Below are positions 63,932 through 64,000 of a stretch of DNA of 64,000 nucleotides, in pieces (within the stretch, counting starts at the first letter, position 1; the number at the start of each line of letters is the position of its first letter). The translations under genes and the position numbers were made by a program. The notes beneath the pieces were generated by a model. The model did not search any database, had not been told where the DNA came from, and saw nothing but the letters and a program-made list of their open reading frames with translations. Origin of the DNA: Nitriliruptoraceae bacterium (GTDB lineage: Bacteria > Actinomycetota > Nitriliruptoria > Nitriliruptorales > Nitriliruptoraceae); assembly GCA_041686695.1 (NCBI GenBank), contig JAWLDJ010000003.1, forward strand, positions 1,137-65,136, read 5' to 3'.

Positions 63932-64000
63932 CTACCACAGGAGTCCGGCGACCTCGGACCACAGTTGCTCGTAGGCGGTGGTGGCAGGGGAGCGCGGGGC
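63932..64000 (-). CDS. 3' end of an unidentified minus-strand gene (partial at the window edge)
   Basis: The reverse complement reads ...TTAYEQLWSEVAGLLW*. It is too short to identify. Confidence 0.3.
   Translation of the reverse strand, partial: APRSPATTAYEQLWSEVAGLLW

Overview
High-GC (roughly 70%) actinobacterial chromosomal window, densely coding. All calls come from reading the ORF track and sequence by eye, using motifs, overlaps and synteny. No database or covariance search was run. (1) 1-11.4 kb: [NiFe]-hydrogenase maturation genes hypF-hypC-hypD-hypE (+) plus a coupled alpha/beta-hydrolase. These face a minus-strand group-3b-type (HyhB-G-S-L-like) cytosolic hydrogenase operon with its endopeptidase and an embedded stand-alone cNMP-binding-domain ORF. 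(2) 11.6-21.5 kb: housekeeping and metabolic genes (MarR, PlsC-like acyltransferase, hydrolase, DapA-family, metX-metY, aldo/keto reductase, tRNA-Ala, GGT). (3) 22-42.6 kb: the conserved actinobacterial cell-division cluster crgA - class E sortase ... trpG ... pknB-pbpA-rodA-pstP-fhaB-fhaA - tRNA-Leu. It is interrupted by a PDZ/Lon-like plus M50 protease pair, an eRF1/Pelota-like plus TPR gene pair, and a copCD-ycnI copper cluster. (4) 42.5-51 kb: a mosaic, decaying integrative island at tRNA-Leu(CAG). It holds an exact 55-bp duplication of the tRNA 3' half around a 1.5-kb integrase-less cassette, three toxin-antitoxin pairs, three tyrosine-recombinase genes or remnants (one intact), three direct copies of a ~70-90-bp repeat, and gene fragments. 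(5) 51-64 kb: an OmpR/histidine-kinase pair, a rhodanese / ArsR-rhodanese cluster, FBPase, an AAA+ ATPase, a SixA-type phosphatase, and an amidohydrolase that appears to lack a canonical start codon. The most interesting items are the tandem att-flanked elements at tRNA-Leu, the repeat-bounded recombinase/TA modules, the cNMP-domain subunit inside the hydrogenase operon, the eRF1-like/TPR pair, a degenerate ANL enzyme coupled to trpG, and the possible AUC start. No CRISPR array, rRNA or clearly novel multi-gene defence system could be supported.
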